A DNA stretch of 64,000 nt from a virus: the IMG/VR virus record IMGVR_UViG_3300006051_000001, positions 22,982 through 86,981 of that record; one strand, written 5' to 3'. Below the pieces are notes generated by a model. It was not told the DNA's origin, did not search any database, and worked only from the letters and a program-made list of their open reading frames with translations. This document shows positions 1 through 9,325 of the stretch, piece after piece (the stretch's first letter is position 1; each line of letters starts with the position of its first letter). Position numbers and translations under genes: made by a program.

Positions 1-1080
1 GTTTGGGGTGCTTTCCTTCCAATCGCTATAAAGGAAGAAGGGCCGAAGAAGAAGGAGTACGTTGCGTACAAGCTTCTGGATACCTGCCTGCTTAAGGAGT
101 GTCCTGCATTCGATCGTCTGGAAACTTACGTTCGGGCAAACACTACCGAGATGGAACACGAGATGGCTATCATCTTCGAGTTCCTGTCATCTGAGGAGAT
201 CCCTGTCTTCTTGATGGCATTGGCATTGATCCGTAAGGTTTCGATTGCACCGTTGTCCGCTGAGACGGATAAGGATCACTTGATGAAGGTGGTCTTCAAC
301 TACGTCTGCGGTAACAACAACAGACTTCCAGCGGCATTCGGCGGTAACATCCGTTCGAAGATCGATGTGGAAGCAGCAACAGACGACAATAGTTCGGTCT
401 GGTGCTACTACAAAATGAAGGAGCAGATCAGTACTGGCGACCTCTGCATCTTCCAGCTGTACATCACCGATTATCTTGAAGCGGCTCGCGCCATTGATCA
501 AGAGATCACCGACGAACAAACCGAGATGTGCGTAGCACGCGCGCAGAAGCTGGCACGGTTTGATCCGAATGACGCACAGATCGCTCTCTGCATCTGGGTA
601 ATGTCTACAGTGGTAGCAGGTTGTGCGATCGAGATGTTCGACCGTAACACTCTGTTCACGGCCATGGGTATCTCCCAGACCGTACTGTGGAAGTGGGGTT
701 TCCATCAATTGGCAATCCTGCAAACAGCAGCTCCCGTCCAGATGGCTGACGACGAGATGATGACCCCGGTTCCTAGAACCAAGATCAGCGACGAGAACAT
801 GAAACAACTGGAATACATCTATCCTTACACAATGCCGGAGAGCAAGAAGGATAGTGGTCAATCACCAAACGTTGGGGTACGTGGGGTAGAAGACGCGGCA
901 AATGTATTCTTCAAGAACGAATGGGAACCTCAGTGCCCGCGCCAATTGGCAGCGAAGTTCGAAAGGTCAGACGTTACCCGGCGTCTCCAGGTTTCCAGTG
1001 ACTTCCGCGATGAGCTGGCTGAGTTGTTTATCAAGCTGGACGGTTACGTACGTCACATCCCTATCCCGGTAATGGACTGA
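1..1080 (+). CDS. 5'-partial conserved jumbo-phage protein (phiKZ gp67 position; recalled as import cofactor Imp6)
   Basis: Frame is open from base 1 (VWGAFLPIAIKEEG...) through the track ATG at 151. Assignment is by synteny only, directly upstream of the gp68-like gene. Confidence 0.45.
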   Translation, partial: VWGAFLPIAIKEEGPKKKEYVAYKLLDTCLLKECPAFDRLETYVRANTTEMEHEMAIIFEFLSSEEIPVFLMALALIRKVSIAPLSAETDKDHLMKVVFNYVCGNNNRLPAAFGGNIRSKIDVEAATDDNSSVWCYYKMKEQISTGDLCIFQLYITDYLEAARAIDQEITDEQTEMCVARAQKLARFDPNDAQIALCIWVMSTVVAGCAIEMFDRNTLFTAMGISQTVLWKWGFHQLAILQTAAPVQMADDEMMTPVPRTKISDENMKQLEYIYPYTMPESKKDSGQSPNVGVRGVEDAANVFFKNEWEPQCPRQLAAKFERSDVTRRLQVSSDFRDELAELFIKLDGYVRHIPIPVMD

Positions 1081-1120
1081 AAAGTTCAATCCCCTAGAGT
1101 ATTAAGCACAGGAGTAATTC

Positions 1121-2710
1121 ATGGAACTTGTTAAACTTATCTTCGTGGAAACTGAAGGCAGCGACACTCCAGTCATTCGCCCTTACGAAACCTCGTTGAA
1201 GAAAGACGACCTCGATCTGTTTGCAAAGGCAACCGATGATGGTGCGAACCTCAGCACTATCCGGCTGGCCAAGGTTGTAGCTCCACTCCTCGGTCCATCG
1301 AACCGCCGGCAGCACAAGTCCCACATCGCCAACGGCTGGTCCGAATCCCGGATCATGTTCGGCATGGTTGTTAAGGTGATGAACCGTGACAACGCCAGCA
1401 CCTACGAGTATATCGTGGGCTATACCGACAACAGCGAACACGCCCGTCGTGGCGACACCGCGAAGTTCGATGCTGGCATGAAAATGTACTTCAATAACAT
1501 TACGAGGGTTCACATGCAGGAATCCCGTCACCGTAATGATAACATCTGGGTGCCGAAGATTCAGGCGCATGACCAGATCCTCCTGCGTTCCAGCCTGACC
1601 GGTTCTGATCGTGGCACTACCCGTGGCGGCGATCGTCCAGTTACTCTGCGTCCTACCGACTTGTTCAAGCGCGGTGGTGCAGATGCGGCATTCGGGTCGT
1701 TCATGCGTGATAACGATTCGAACGTAAACAATACCGTTGGTTCGTTCAGCTCGGCTATCCGTGCATCGAACGTTGTCAACAACAGCCAGACCGCATACGC
1801 GGCCCGTAACCTGAATGCGTGGATGCAGGCGAGTAATTCGCCTAACGATGCGTACGTTGGTGACGGTAATGATGAAGACACCATCCAGGCAGCTTCTGAT
1901 CGTTTGGCAGAGAACTCTCTGGAACTCGATCCGTATCTGGAGCGTATCAAGCGTGATACCAATATTCTCCGTGAAGGTTGCATTACTTTCGGCGAACTGA
2001 TGGACATGAACGAAGACTTCGATGAAGATCGTCAGTTGATGTTCGTTCCGTTGGACAAGCGTAAGCGCGGTGGTTTCATCAACAACTCCGCATGGGGTGA
2101 AGATACCAACGAGGCAATCGCTGCGACCATCATCGCAAACTCCCTGCCCGGCATTCTGATCAACTCGATGTATTCGTCGGTATCTGGTCTGGTGCTGAAC
2201 AGCCGTGCGCGCTTCGGCGAGTACAAAGTGGTCTGCTCTGAGCCAACTCCGTTTGCTCCAGGCATGTCGGTTAAGGCGAACTGGCCATACTTCGAAAGTC
2301 AGATCGAACACGTTCTGATGGAAGAAGTTGGTTGCGGTGGTGCGTTTGAGTTTGAAGCGTACATCGACGCGAACATCGACCAGTACATCAAGATCCGTAT
2401 CCGGATGGATGGTGGTGAAGAAGCATCGTTCAACTTCCCAGCTTACGCGTCCAGTCTTCTGGCGCCTACGCAGGATAAAGACTTCAAGTCGCTGGACAAA
2501 ATGTCGAAAGGCGTTATCGATCTGGCTTCCGGTCTGTCGAACATGCGGATGTCTCGCGCAGGCATCGGGTCTCAAGAAGATGGTCTCAACACTGGCAGCG
2601 AAAGCCGCATCAAGTTGGGCGCCAGCAAAGAGCCTCGTTCTCGTGACAATGATTACAGAGCCGCTCCAGCAGCAGCCTCTGGCGATAAGAAAGGTGGTAA
2701 GGGCTGGTAA
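1121..2710 (+). CDS. Non-virion RNA polymerase sigma-like specificity subunit (phiKZ gp68-like)
   Basis: AGGAG SD; 529 aa; N-terminus MELVKLIFVETEG resembles the gp68 family; lies two genes upstream of the nvRNAP beta/beta-prime pair. Confidence 0.8.
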   Translation: MELVKLIFVETEGSDTPVIRPYETSLKKDDLDLFAKATDDGANLSTIRLAKVVAPLLGPSNRRQHKSHIANGWSESRIMFGMVVKVMNRDNASTYEYIVGYTDNSEHARRGDTAKFDAGMKMYFNNITRVHMQESRHRNDNIWVPKIQAHDQILLRSSLTGSDRGTTRGGDRPVTLRPTDLFKRGGADAAFGSFMRDNDSNVNNTVGSFSSAIRASNVVNNSQTAYAARNLNAWMQASNSPNDAYVGDGNDEDTIQAASDRLAENSLELDPYLERIKRDTNILREGCITFGELMDMNEDFDEDRQLMFVPLDKRKRGGFINNSAWGEDTNEAIAATIIANSLPGILINSMYSSVSGLVLNSRARFGEYKVVCSEPTPFAPGMSVKANWPYFESQIEHVLMEEVGCGGAFEFEAYIDANIDQYIKIRIRMDGGEEASFNFPAYASSLLAPTQDKDFKSLDKMSKGVIDLASGLSNMRMSRAGIGSQEDGLNTGSESRIKLGASKEPRSRDNDYRAAPAAASGDKKGGKGW

Positions 2711-2750
2711 AGCCCTTTTCACAAAACCCTATTAATGACCACGGGAATCA

Positions 2751-4028
2751 GTGATGAGTGTAAGTAAGCTCGATCGAATGAATGCCTTCAATCGGAAGAT
2801 CCTACTCGAAGTAGGCGTTTTCGAAGAAGAAGTTGATGATGGGCATCTGTCCTATCTGAAGGACGGTAAGCCGTCTCCAGTAACCTTGAACAAGACGCGC
2901 CTGTGCATTACTGTACAGCGTATCCTGAAAGAAGGTCTGGGTGAAGAACGTACCGGGTTCCAGCCTCTTGCTGAGCAGATCACCGAAGGTCCAAGTCCTG
3001 TACTGAACGCCTTCAAGAACTACATCGGTGAGCGCATCAAGGCAACGGTTCGCCATATCGGCCTGTCGTTGATGGAACTGGCATCCGACTCCAAGCGGCA
3101 TAAAGGCATGTCTGCCAAGGCTTCCAAGTATCTGACCGCTCTGGCAGGTATTGGTGAAGTCGATGAAAAGACTGTCGATACCATGCGCAAGGTGTTCGAT
3201 GCGGTAAGTCAGGTTCCTGAGAAGCACCTGATCTCCATTATCCTGAAGGCTAAGACCGACGACGGTAGTCTGCGTCAATCGTTCGTATCCTTTCCGATCA
3301 TGGATGAAGCCGATAGCGAAGAGACCGAAACCTTCTTTGGCGTGAAGATGCCACGGAAGACCAAGGACAAAGCGCTGATTGTATCGGTTCTCGAATACAT
3401 CCTGGGCGACGAGCCAGCTCGCAAGATGTACACCTCCGGCAGTAAGAACGGCAACTCGCCGTACTTCCACAGCCTGTTGTTGTCCTTCCACAAGCTGGCA
3501 ACTCGGTTGAACGACATCCTCAACGTGCATTCGGCCAAGTGCCCATCGTTCGAAGAGCTGAAGTTCAATCTGGACTGGACCGACGAACTCGATAACTTCG
3601 ACGACTTCGCGAAGGTTTGCAGCCGAGCAGTTCCTGCTCTGCCGGGTAACACCGGTAAGGAAATCGACGAAGAACGTTCTGCGTTCGAAGCAAGTGCAAG
3701 TGATGTTGGTGCCGATGATGATCTGCCGTGGAATGAACCTAAAGCCAAACTCAGCATCGGTAGCGATGACGAGAAGCGTCCGGCCGCTGGTTCGAGTTTC
3801 CGCGACACTGTTAACAGCTCTCGTTCGAGCCGTGATCGTGATGATGATCGCTCGGATAGCCGTTCGAATCATGGAAGCTTCCGTGACCTGATGGGTGGCA
3901 AGAGCCGTGACCGCGATCGTGATGATCGTGACAGCCGTCGTGAAAGCCCGAGCTGGCGCTCAGGCCGTGACCGTGACGACCGTGACCGTGATAGCGGCCG
4001 TGGTGGACGCGGTGGCCGTGGCTGGTAA
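2751..4028 (+). CDS. picA: Probable phage-nucleus protein import factor PicA/Imp1 (phiKZ gp69-like)
   Basis: Directly after the gp68-like gene and before the small reverse gene and nvRNAP beta, as gp69 is in phiKZ. 425 aa with an RD/RS/RGG-rich tail. Called on synteny. Confidence 0.65.
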   Translation: MMSVSKLDRMNAFNRKILLEVGVFEEEVDDGHLSYLKDGKPSPVTLNKTRLCITVQRILKEGLGEERTGFQPLAEQITEGPSPVLNAFKNYIGERIKATVRHIGLSLMELASDSKRHKGMSAKASKYLTALAGIGEVDEKTVDTMRKVFDAVSQVPEKHLISIILKAKTDDGSLRQSFVSFPIMDEADSEETETFFGVKMPRKTKDKALIVSVLEYILGDEPARKMYTSGSKNGNSPYFHSLLLSFHKLATRLNDILNVHSAKCPSFEELKFNLDWTDELDNFDDFAKVCSRAVPALPGNTGKEIDEERSAFEASASDVGADDDLPWNEPKAKLSIGSDDEKRPAAGSSFRDTVNSSRSSRDRDDDRSDSRSNHGSFRDLMGGKSRDRDRDDRDSRRESPSWRSGRDRDDRDRDSGRGGRGGRGW

Positions 4029-4035
4029 TTAGCAG

Positions 4036-4079
4036 CATAGAGAGGCGGGGACTTCCCCGCCTATTCTACTTTTCTTTTT
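4036..4079 (+). terminator. Intrinsic terminator between convergent genes
   Basis: AGGCGGGG-ACTT-CCCCGCCT stem followed by TTTTCTTTTT. Confidence 0.85.
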
Positions 4080-4084
4080 GTCCC

Positions 4085-4426
4085 CTAACTAGCGTTCAGG
4101 CTAGTACGGTAGATTTGTTTAAACCGCGCAACCAAGGCCATGTCAGGCACGAGGATGTGGTTGATCGTTTCATCAATCTGGTGGATAGAGGTAAACCCGT
4201 TAACTCGCATCACCAGATAATGATCCTCAAGTGGTACGCTGTTCGCTAAAAGGAACTGCGTTAGGTCGAACCTGTAGAGATATCCAGTCTCAGGAGCTAC
4301 CGGTACTTGACGGGTGGAATCCGATTCTCTGAAGTACATGATCAGAGAGTCTACGTACGTCCGATATTCTTGAGTGAGTGTGAAGCTTGAGGGAGACGCT
4401 ACGATCCACTTGGAGATGCCAGTCAT
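4085..4426 (-). CDS. Small conserved protein (phiKZ gp70 position), possibly LysM/T4 gp53-like baseplate protein
   Basis: 113 aa; YRFDL...HYLVMRVNG...ILVPD pattern recalls LysM-type wedge proteins (inference). Confidence 0.45.
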   Translation of the reverse strand: MTGISKWIVASPSSFTLTQEYRTYVDSLIMYFRESDSTRQVPVAPETGYLYRFDLTQFLLANSVPLEDHYLVMRVNGFTSIHQIDETINHILVPDMALVARFKQIYRTSLNAS

Positions 4427-4452
4427 GTGCTTACCTATAAAAGTCTTGAGTT

Positions 4453-4465
4453 ATACATTACCGAA
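4453..4465 (+). promoter_or_regulatory. Putative early (virion RNAP) promoter core ATACATTACCGAA
   Basis: Identical 13-mer at 49587-49599; A(T/C)ACATTAC also at 47635, 56652 and 63229, all intergenic upstream of + genes; resembles the phiKZ early TATTAC element. Confidence 0.65.
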
Positions 4466-4503
4466 ATAGAATCTCAGCCCAAAGTAATAAGGAGACCGAT
4501 TGA

Positions 4504-6684
4504 ATGAATCCATTTGATCCAACCGATCATTTACCTCAAGAGCGCTACACCATTCCGCCGGAGATGGTTCCGATCAGTGGTTTGAACTCTCAATTCAAAT
4601 GTGTCTCTGGTGCCCGTCAGGCAATGTTCACCGGTAACCTGTCCCAAGTATTGATCGTGGATGGCCGTACCCGTAAACGCCAGCAGACTGGGTTGGAACG
4701 TGAGATTGCCAAAGCTACATTTAACCATCAGTTTCCTCGTGAAGCTGTGGTACTGGCAATCATCCCCCGCTTTACATCCCGTAACTTCGGCGATAAGTTC
4801 CAGATCAACCCGTTCGATCTGGTGATCTACGAGGATTGGGAAACGAAAGAACTGGACGTGGTTGAACTCAGCAAGTTTCACGTAATGCACCAGCATTACG
4901 GGTTTGAGTTCGAGTACGATCAGGACGTCTACGACGCCATCACCAAAGGTAAGCGCTTCAAGGCAGGTACTGTAATTGCTCGTTCTCCGGCTGTAACGGA
5001 TGATGGCGACTACATGTACGGTCTGGAAACCAACGTCTGCATGATCTCTGATCCGGCAGGTACTGAAGACGGTGTAAAGATCAGTCAGAGTTATGCCAAG
5101 CGTATTCGCTCGACAGGCTTTGAAAGTCGGATTGCTCGCTTCGGCGGCAGCCATTACCCGATTAACTGGAACGGTAACCTGGAAGAGTACAAACCTATTC
5201 CAGACATCGGTGATTTCATCCAGTCAAACGGTCTGATCTGCGCTTCACGGCCTTTCGATCCAAAGTACGATCCAGTCTACATGACTCGTACTAAGCTGCT
5301 TAAACCGCAGTATGGGTTGGATACACCGCTGTACGGCGTACCTAACGCTCAGGTCGTAGACATCCGAGTCCTTCATAACGATAGGCTGTCTTCCCCGAAA
5401 CTACCTAAGGAAATGACTAAACAGTTCCTGAAGTACTACGAGGCTGACCAAGAGTTCTACACCAAGATCGTTAAGACGTGCCTCTGCCGGAAAGGTAACT
5501 TCCTGGCTGACGACGTTGCAATGTCTCCACGTCTGCGCATCCTCCTGTACGAAGCAATCGCACGTAGCGGTGAGCGTCTGCTGGAAGAAGGCATCTGGCC
5601 GAAGAGCAAAGCCGACCAACTGCGTGTTCGCACGAAGTATCGCGGTGAGATCTTGGATGAGTTCCGTGTGGAAATCATCTATCAGTACAAGACCTCTGTG
5701 GGCGAAGGCCCTAAGGTTACTGACCAATCTGGTGGTAAAGGCGTTACTTCGGCGGTTGCTCCAGACGAAGACATGCCTACTGACGAGAACGGCGTACGCG
5801 CCGACGTAGTGATCTTCTCGAACTCTACGGTAAACCGCCTGAACAACGGTCGTCAGCATACTCAGGTTATCGGCGCTGCTGGTCGTGACATCATCAAACG
5901 TGTACGTAAGTCCTACGGTCTGCCACCTGTTGGCGCGATCGACAAGGCTGAAGTCAAGCGTGTGGTGACGTCTCAGAACAACGTGGCTGTGACCATGAAG
6001 AACTTTGCGTACATCATCGGCTTCTATAAGCTGGTGGCTCCGGCGATGTACGAACGTCTTACTCGCAACGATATCATTCCGCAAGGTATTCACTTGCAGC
6101 ATGTAATCGAAGTGATCATGGACGGTGAAGTTGACCACGGTCTGTTCCTGCAACTCGCTTCCAGTGATGAGGTCTACATGGACCAAGTCATCCGGGAGAT
6201 CGAGGCTGGTCCGTACATGCCAGACTTGACTCCGGTTAAGTATCGGAATCTGGCTGGTGAGATGGTAACTACCAAGACCAAGATCCTGATCGGTCCTGAC
6301 TACTACCTGCCTTTGGAGAAGACGGCTACCGACGGTTCCGGTGTATCGTCCTCCAAGACAAACCACTTCGGCGTTACTGCCCGTCTGACGAATGCTGACA
6401 AGTATTCCAGCCCTGGCCGTGAAACCGTAACCAAATCTACCGGTGAGTCCGAAGCGCGTAACCACGCTCACGCCTACGGTGCTGAGCCCCTTGCTCACAT
6501 CATGGACTTGAACTACAACCCGGTGGTTCACAAAGAAGCCTGTATGACGATCCTCACTCACGAGACACCGACCAACATCGAATGTCTTGTTGACCGTGAG
6601 AAGTTTAAGCTTGGTGGACATCGTCCGCTGGCTTACGTTCGCCACATGATGGCCGTATCTGGTAAGAATATCTCCAGGGAGTAA
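4504..6684 (+). CDS. Non-virion RNA polymerase beta subunit part (phiKZ gp71-73-like), uninterrupted
   Basis: 726 aa; beta motifs SGARQAMFTGNLSQ, EDGVKISQS, KVTDQSGGKGV, RADVVIFSNSTVNRLN and GESEARN. Confidence 0.93.
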   Translation: MNPFDPTDHLPQERYTIPPEMVPISGLNSQFKCVSGARQAMFTGNLSQVLIVDGRTRKRQQTGLEREIAKATFNHQFPREAVVLAIIPRFTSRNFGDKFQINPFDLVIYEDWETKELDVVELSKFHVMHQHYGFEFEYDQDVYDAITKGKRFKAGTVIARSPAVTDDGDYMYGLETNVCMISDPAGTEDGVKISQSYAKRIRSTGFESRIARFGGSHYPINWNGNLEEYKPIPDIGDFIQSNGLICASRPFDPKYDPVYMTRTKLLKPQYGLDTPLYGVPNAQVVDIRVLHNDRLSSPKLPKEMTKQFLKYYEADQEFYTKIVKTCLCRKGNFLADDVAMSPRLRILLYEAIARSGERLLEEGIWPKSKADQLRVRTKYRGEILDEFRVEIIYQYKTSVGEGPKVTDQSGGKGVTSAVAPDEDMPTDENGVRADVVIFSNSTVNRLNNGRQHTQVIGAAGRDIIKRVRKSYGLPPVGAIDKAEVKRVVTSQNNVAVTMKNFAYIIGFYKLVAPAMYERLTRNDIIPQGIHLQHVIEVIMDGEVDHGLFLQLASSDEVYMDQVIREIEAGPYMPDLTPVKYRNLAGEMVTTKTKILIGPDYYLPLEKTATDGSGVSSSKTNHFGVTARLTNADKYSSPGRETVTKSTGESEARNHAHAYGAEPLAHIMDLNYNPVVHKEACMTILTHETPTNIECLVDREKFKLGGHRPLAYVRHMMAVSGKNISRE

Positions 6685-6691
6685 TCCCTGG
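6674..6691 (+). other. GNRA-loop hairpin over the beta stop codon
   Basis: CCAGGGA-GTAA-TCCCTGG with the TAA stop in the loop; no U-tract. Confidence 0.7.
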
Positions 6692-6715
6692 CGGTACAAC
6701 GTAGGAGCGTGTTAA

Positions 6716-8695
6716 TTGGCAAGTCACCGTCGATTCAGAGCCCGTGATCTGTTCGAACAAATGGTACATCTTTGGCCGTGTAAAGAATACGAGGAGTTCA
6801 TCCTCGAGTTTGATGACGGCGATACGATGACCACCACAACAATCAATACCCAGATCTCCCGCAAGCTCTGGTTGCCACACGAGGTGTACAACAAACTCGG
6901 CATCTATAAACGTCACCACATCGGTAACGGTTCGATGTCCAATGAACGCATCCATGAAGTACAGGCTGCGATCACTGAAGACATGTACAACACGTACGGT
7001 GAGAAAGGCTTTAACCGTGAAGAGTTGTGGCGACACAACTATTACGGCACCAACCGTCTGTACAACGAATCGATCATCGAGTATGCGGCGTATGTTCGCG
7101 GCAGTAACTCGTTCGACTTCAGCCATCTGTACGAGTATCCGCCAATCCACAAGATCCGGACCGAATGTAAGCCTAACAAGCTATCAATCGAGAAGGCTTA
7201 CGATGCGGCGAAGTTGGTTCTGGAACGTGACCCTGCATTGGCACGTAACGTAATCATCTCTGACCTGCGGGCTGGTCTGCTCAAGATGGAGCAGTTGCTT
7301 CAGATCCTCATCGTGCGTGGCTACAACACCGACATCGATGGGCACGTATACAGCAAACCAATCATGGGCAACTACTTCGCAGGGATTCATGATCCAGCTG
7401 AAGCCATGATGGAATCCACACTGGCCGCTAAGGCTATCATCTTTACTGGTGCGCCGCTCGAACAAACCGAGTATGCAAACCGGAAGATGCAGTTCACTAC
7501 CCAGCAGGTTGACTTGCTGGTAATGGCTGACTGTGGATCGACTGAGTACGGAGAGATTGAGATCACCAAGTTCAGGTTCAAAGCCATGGACGGTCTCAAC
7601 TATCTCGATCCTGATACCAACAAGCTGAAACCCCTGCGGATGGCTGACACTCACCTGATCGGTGAGACACGCAAGTTCCGTCTGGCGTTCAACTGTAAGT
7701 ACCGGCATCACAACAACGTCTGCAAGATGTGCTACGGCTTGCTGGCGTATAACGTGCCGTTCGGTGCTAACATCGGCCACATCGCATCTACAATGACCCA
7801 ATCGGAAGTATCTCAGGCAGTGTTGAAGGTTAAGCACTCTGAGGCGTCTGCTTCTTCTGATCCGATCATCATTCAAGATGAAGAAAGACCGTACATCCTC
7901 CCAGCATCTGAAGGTCACCAGATTCGTCTGAACCCAAGGCTGGGCGTTAAGGGTATTCCGCTGATGCTTCGCGGTGGTTACTCTCAGGGTGTTCACAACG
8001 CATCGAAGCTGCCTGTACTGAAACGTAACGATCTGCGTGCTGGCGTAAACATCGCCAAGTTCAGTCAGTTCCGTGAAGTCAGCTTTGAGCTGCCTAGCGA
8101 GAACAAGCAGTCGAACCGGGTACACGTCACGGTATCCCGTGGCGCTCGCATGTCGAACCTGACTCGTGAGTTCCTGGACTACTTCCTGAAGAAAGGCTTC
8201 CGAATCGATGATGATGGTTATTATCGGATTGATCTGAAGGATTGGAACTTCGACCTGCCAGCCTTTGAAATGCCAAACCGTCACGGTAGCATGAAGGATC
8301 ACGCAGCAGTAGTGGAAGTAATGATCCGCTCTACTCGTGACTCTAACCAGCGTCACCTCGGCCGGTTGAAGCAACTCAAGGACTATGCTAACCCAACTGA
8401 AGCAATGTTGGATACGCATGAACTGATCGCGCTGAAGGTTCCTGTTCACTTCACCCACGTCGCTATTGTGTTGCTGTCTATGATGGTATCCAGTACGAAG
8501 TCCGGTGATTACAGGATTCCACCTCTGGGCGAACCTACACGGTTTGCTAAATACGATCACGTAATCAGTGGTCGTTCCATGGGTGCGTTCTTCGCCTATC
8601 AGGGTGGTCGTAACCTGCTAGATACACTTGAGCAGTACATGATGAACGAACGGGAACAACATCTGCTTGATCCACTGCTGATGCCCGGCTGGTAA
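6716..8695 (+). CDS. Non-virion RNA polymerase beta-prime C-terminal subunit (phiKZ gp74-like)
   Basis: TTG start with AGGAG SD; bridge-helix region KAIIFTGAPLEQTEYANRKM followed by DCGS; Zn site C...VCKMCYG; NIGHIASTMTQSEVSQAVLKVKH trigger-loop region. Confidence 0.93.
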   Translation: MASHRRFRARDLFEQMVHLWPCKEYEEFILEFDDGDTMTTTTINTQISRKLWLPHEVYNKLGIYKRHHIGNGSMSNERIHEVQAAITEDMYNTYGEKGFNREELWRHNYYGTNRLYNESIIEYAAYVRGSNSFDFSHLYEYPPIHKIRTECKPNKLSIEKAYDAAKLVLERDPALARNVIISDLRAGLLKMEQLLQILIVRGYNTDIDGHVYSKPIMGNYFAGIHDPAEAMMESTLAAKAIIFTGAPLEQTEYANRKMQFTTQQVDLLVMADCGSTEYGEIEITKFRFKAMDGLNYLDPDTNKLKPLRMADTHLIGETRKFRLAFNCKYRHHNNVCKMCYGLLAYNVPFGANIGHIASTMTQSEVSQAVLKVKHSEASASSDPIIIQDEERPYILPASEGHQIRLNPRLGVKGIPLMLRGGYSQGVHNASKLPVLKRNDLRAGVNIAKFSQFREVSFELPSENKQSNRVHVTVSRGARMSNLTREFLDYFLKKGFRIDDDGYYRIDLKDWNFDLPAFEMPNRHGSMKDHAAVVEVMIRSTRDSNQRHLGRLKQLKDYANPTEAMLDTHELIALKVPVHFTHVAIVLLSMMVSSTKSGDYRIPPLGEPTRFAKYDHVISGRSMGAFFAYQGGRNLLDTLEQYMMNEREQHLLDPLLMPGW

Positions 8696-8703
8696 TTGAC
8701 AAA

Positions 8704-8733
8704 CATATCGGCGGGGTAATCCCCGCCTTTATG
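8704..8733 (+). terminator. Hairpin of the CATA...TATG family
   Basis: CATA-TC-GGCGGGG-TAAT-CCCCGCC-TTTATG. Confidence 0.7.
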
Positions 8734-8757
8734 CTCCAATTTATAAGAGAGGTTGTA

Positions 8758-9174
8758 ATGGCTAAGCAACAATTTGTATCTGTAAGGTTTGAAGGGGATA
8801 GCGCCTCGACTCTCTTCAGCGGAGTCGTTTATAAGAAGCTACCCGTTAAAGACGATGCGTTACGTTTCCTACATATCGAACGTAAAGGCAACACTAACTT
8901 CATCTTCGATGCTACCCGCGCCGTAGACGAGCTTCCAGACTCTCTGGCGATAACTTGGGAACGTGAAGGTGCCGGCGCAACATTCACACTGGCCGAGCGT
9001 AAGTACGCGGTCAGCATCTATACGGTAATTGATGTTGAGCGTGACAGCCCGTTCTACTTCCTTGACGAACTTCCTGACGGCACATGGCGTCTATGCCACA
9101 GCAAGTTCTTTATCCCATGGCATCATGATTGCGTAGAAACAATCACAATCCAGAAGGTCCAATACACTGACTGA
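8758..9174 (+). CDS. Hypothetical protein inserted between beta-prime and helicase
   Basis: GAGAGG SD before ATG 8758 (track start 8731); 138 aa; a hairpin on each side. Confidence 0.7.
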   Translation: MAKQQFVSVRFEGDSASTLFSGVVYKKLPVKDDALRFLHIERKGNTNFIFDATRAVDELPDSLAITWEREGAGATFTLAERKYAVSIYTVIDVERDSPFYFLDELPDGTWRLCHSKFFIPWHHDCVETITIQKVQYTD

Positions 9175-9202
9175 GTTGTCCAAGGAAGTCCAGTAGTGTC
9201 CG

Positions 9203-9222
9203 AGGCGGAGTGATCTCCGCCT
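9203..9222 (+). terminator. GC hairpin, putative terminator
   Basis: AGGCGGAG-TGAT-CTCCGCCT with a T-rich stretch about 10 nt downstream. Confidence 0.6.
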
Positions 9223-9325
9223 TAACTCTGGGTTTTCTTTTGTGGTAAGAACTAACTAGAGACGTATATCTATTATAGGCGAAGTGTGCCGTAAACGCAC
9301 TAGGTAGATATTTGGGGAGAACGTC

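Noticed and set aside
3811-4038. His/Gly-rich antisense ORF suggesting a metal-binding peptide
   Set aside because: It is the reverse complement of the RD-repeat codons in the PicA-like tail.
4504-6684. Intron or homing endonuclease in nvRNAP beta, as in phiKZ gp71-72-73
   Set aside because: The ORF is continuous at 726 aa with no intervening sequence.
6684-6716. Frameshift or readthrough fusing nvRNAP beta and beta-prime
   Set aside because: The downstream TTG has a well-spaced AGGAG SD and no slippery site is evident.
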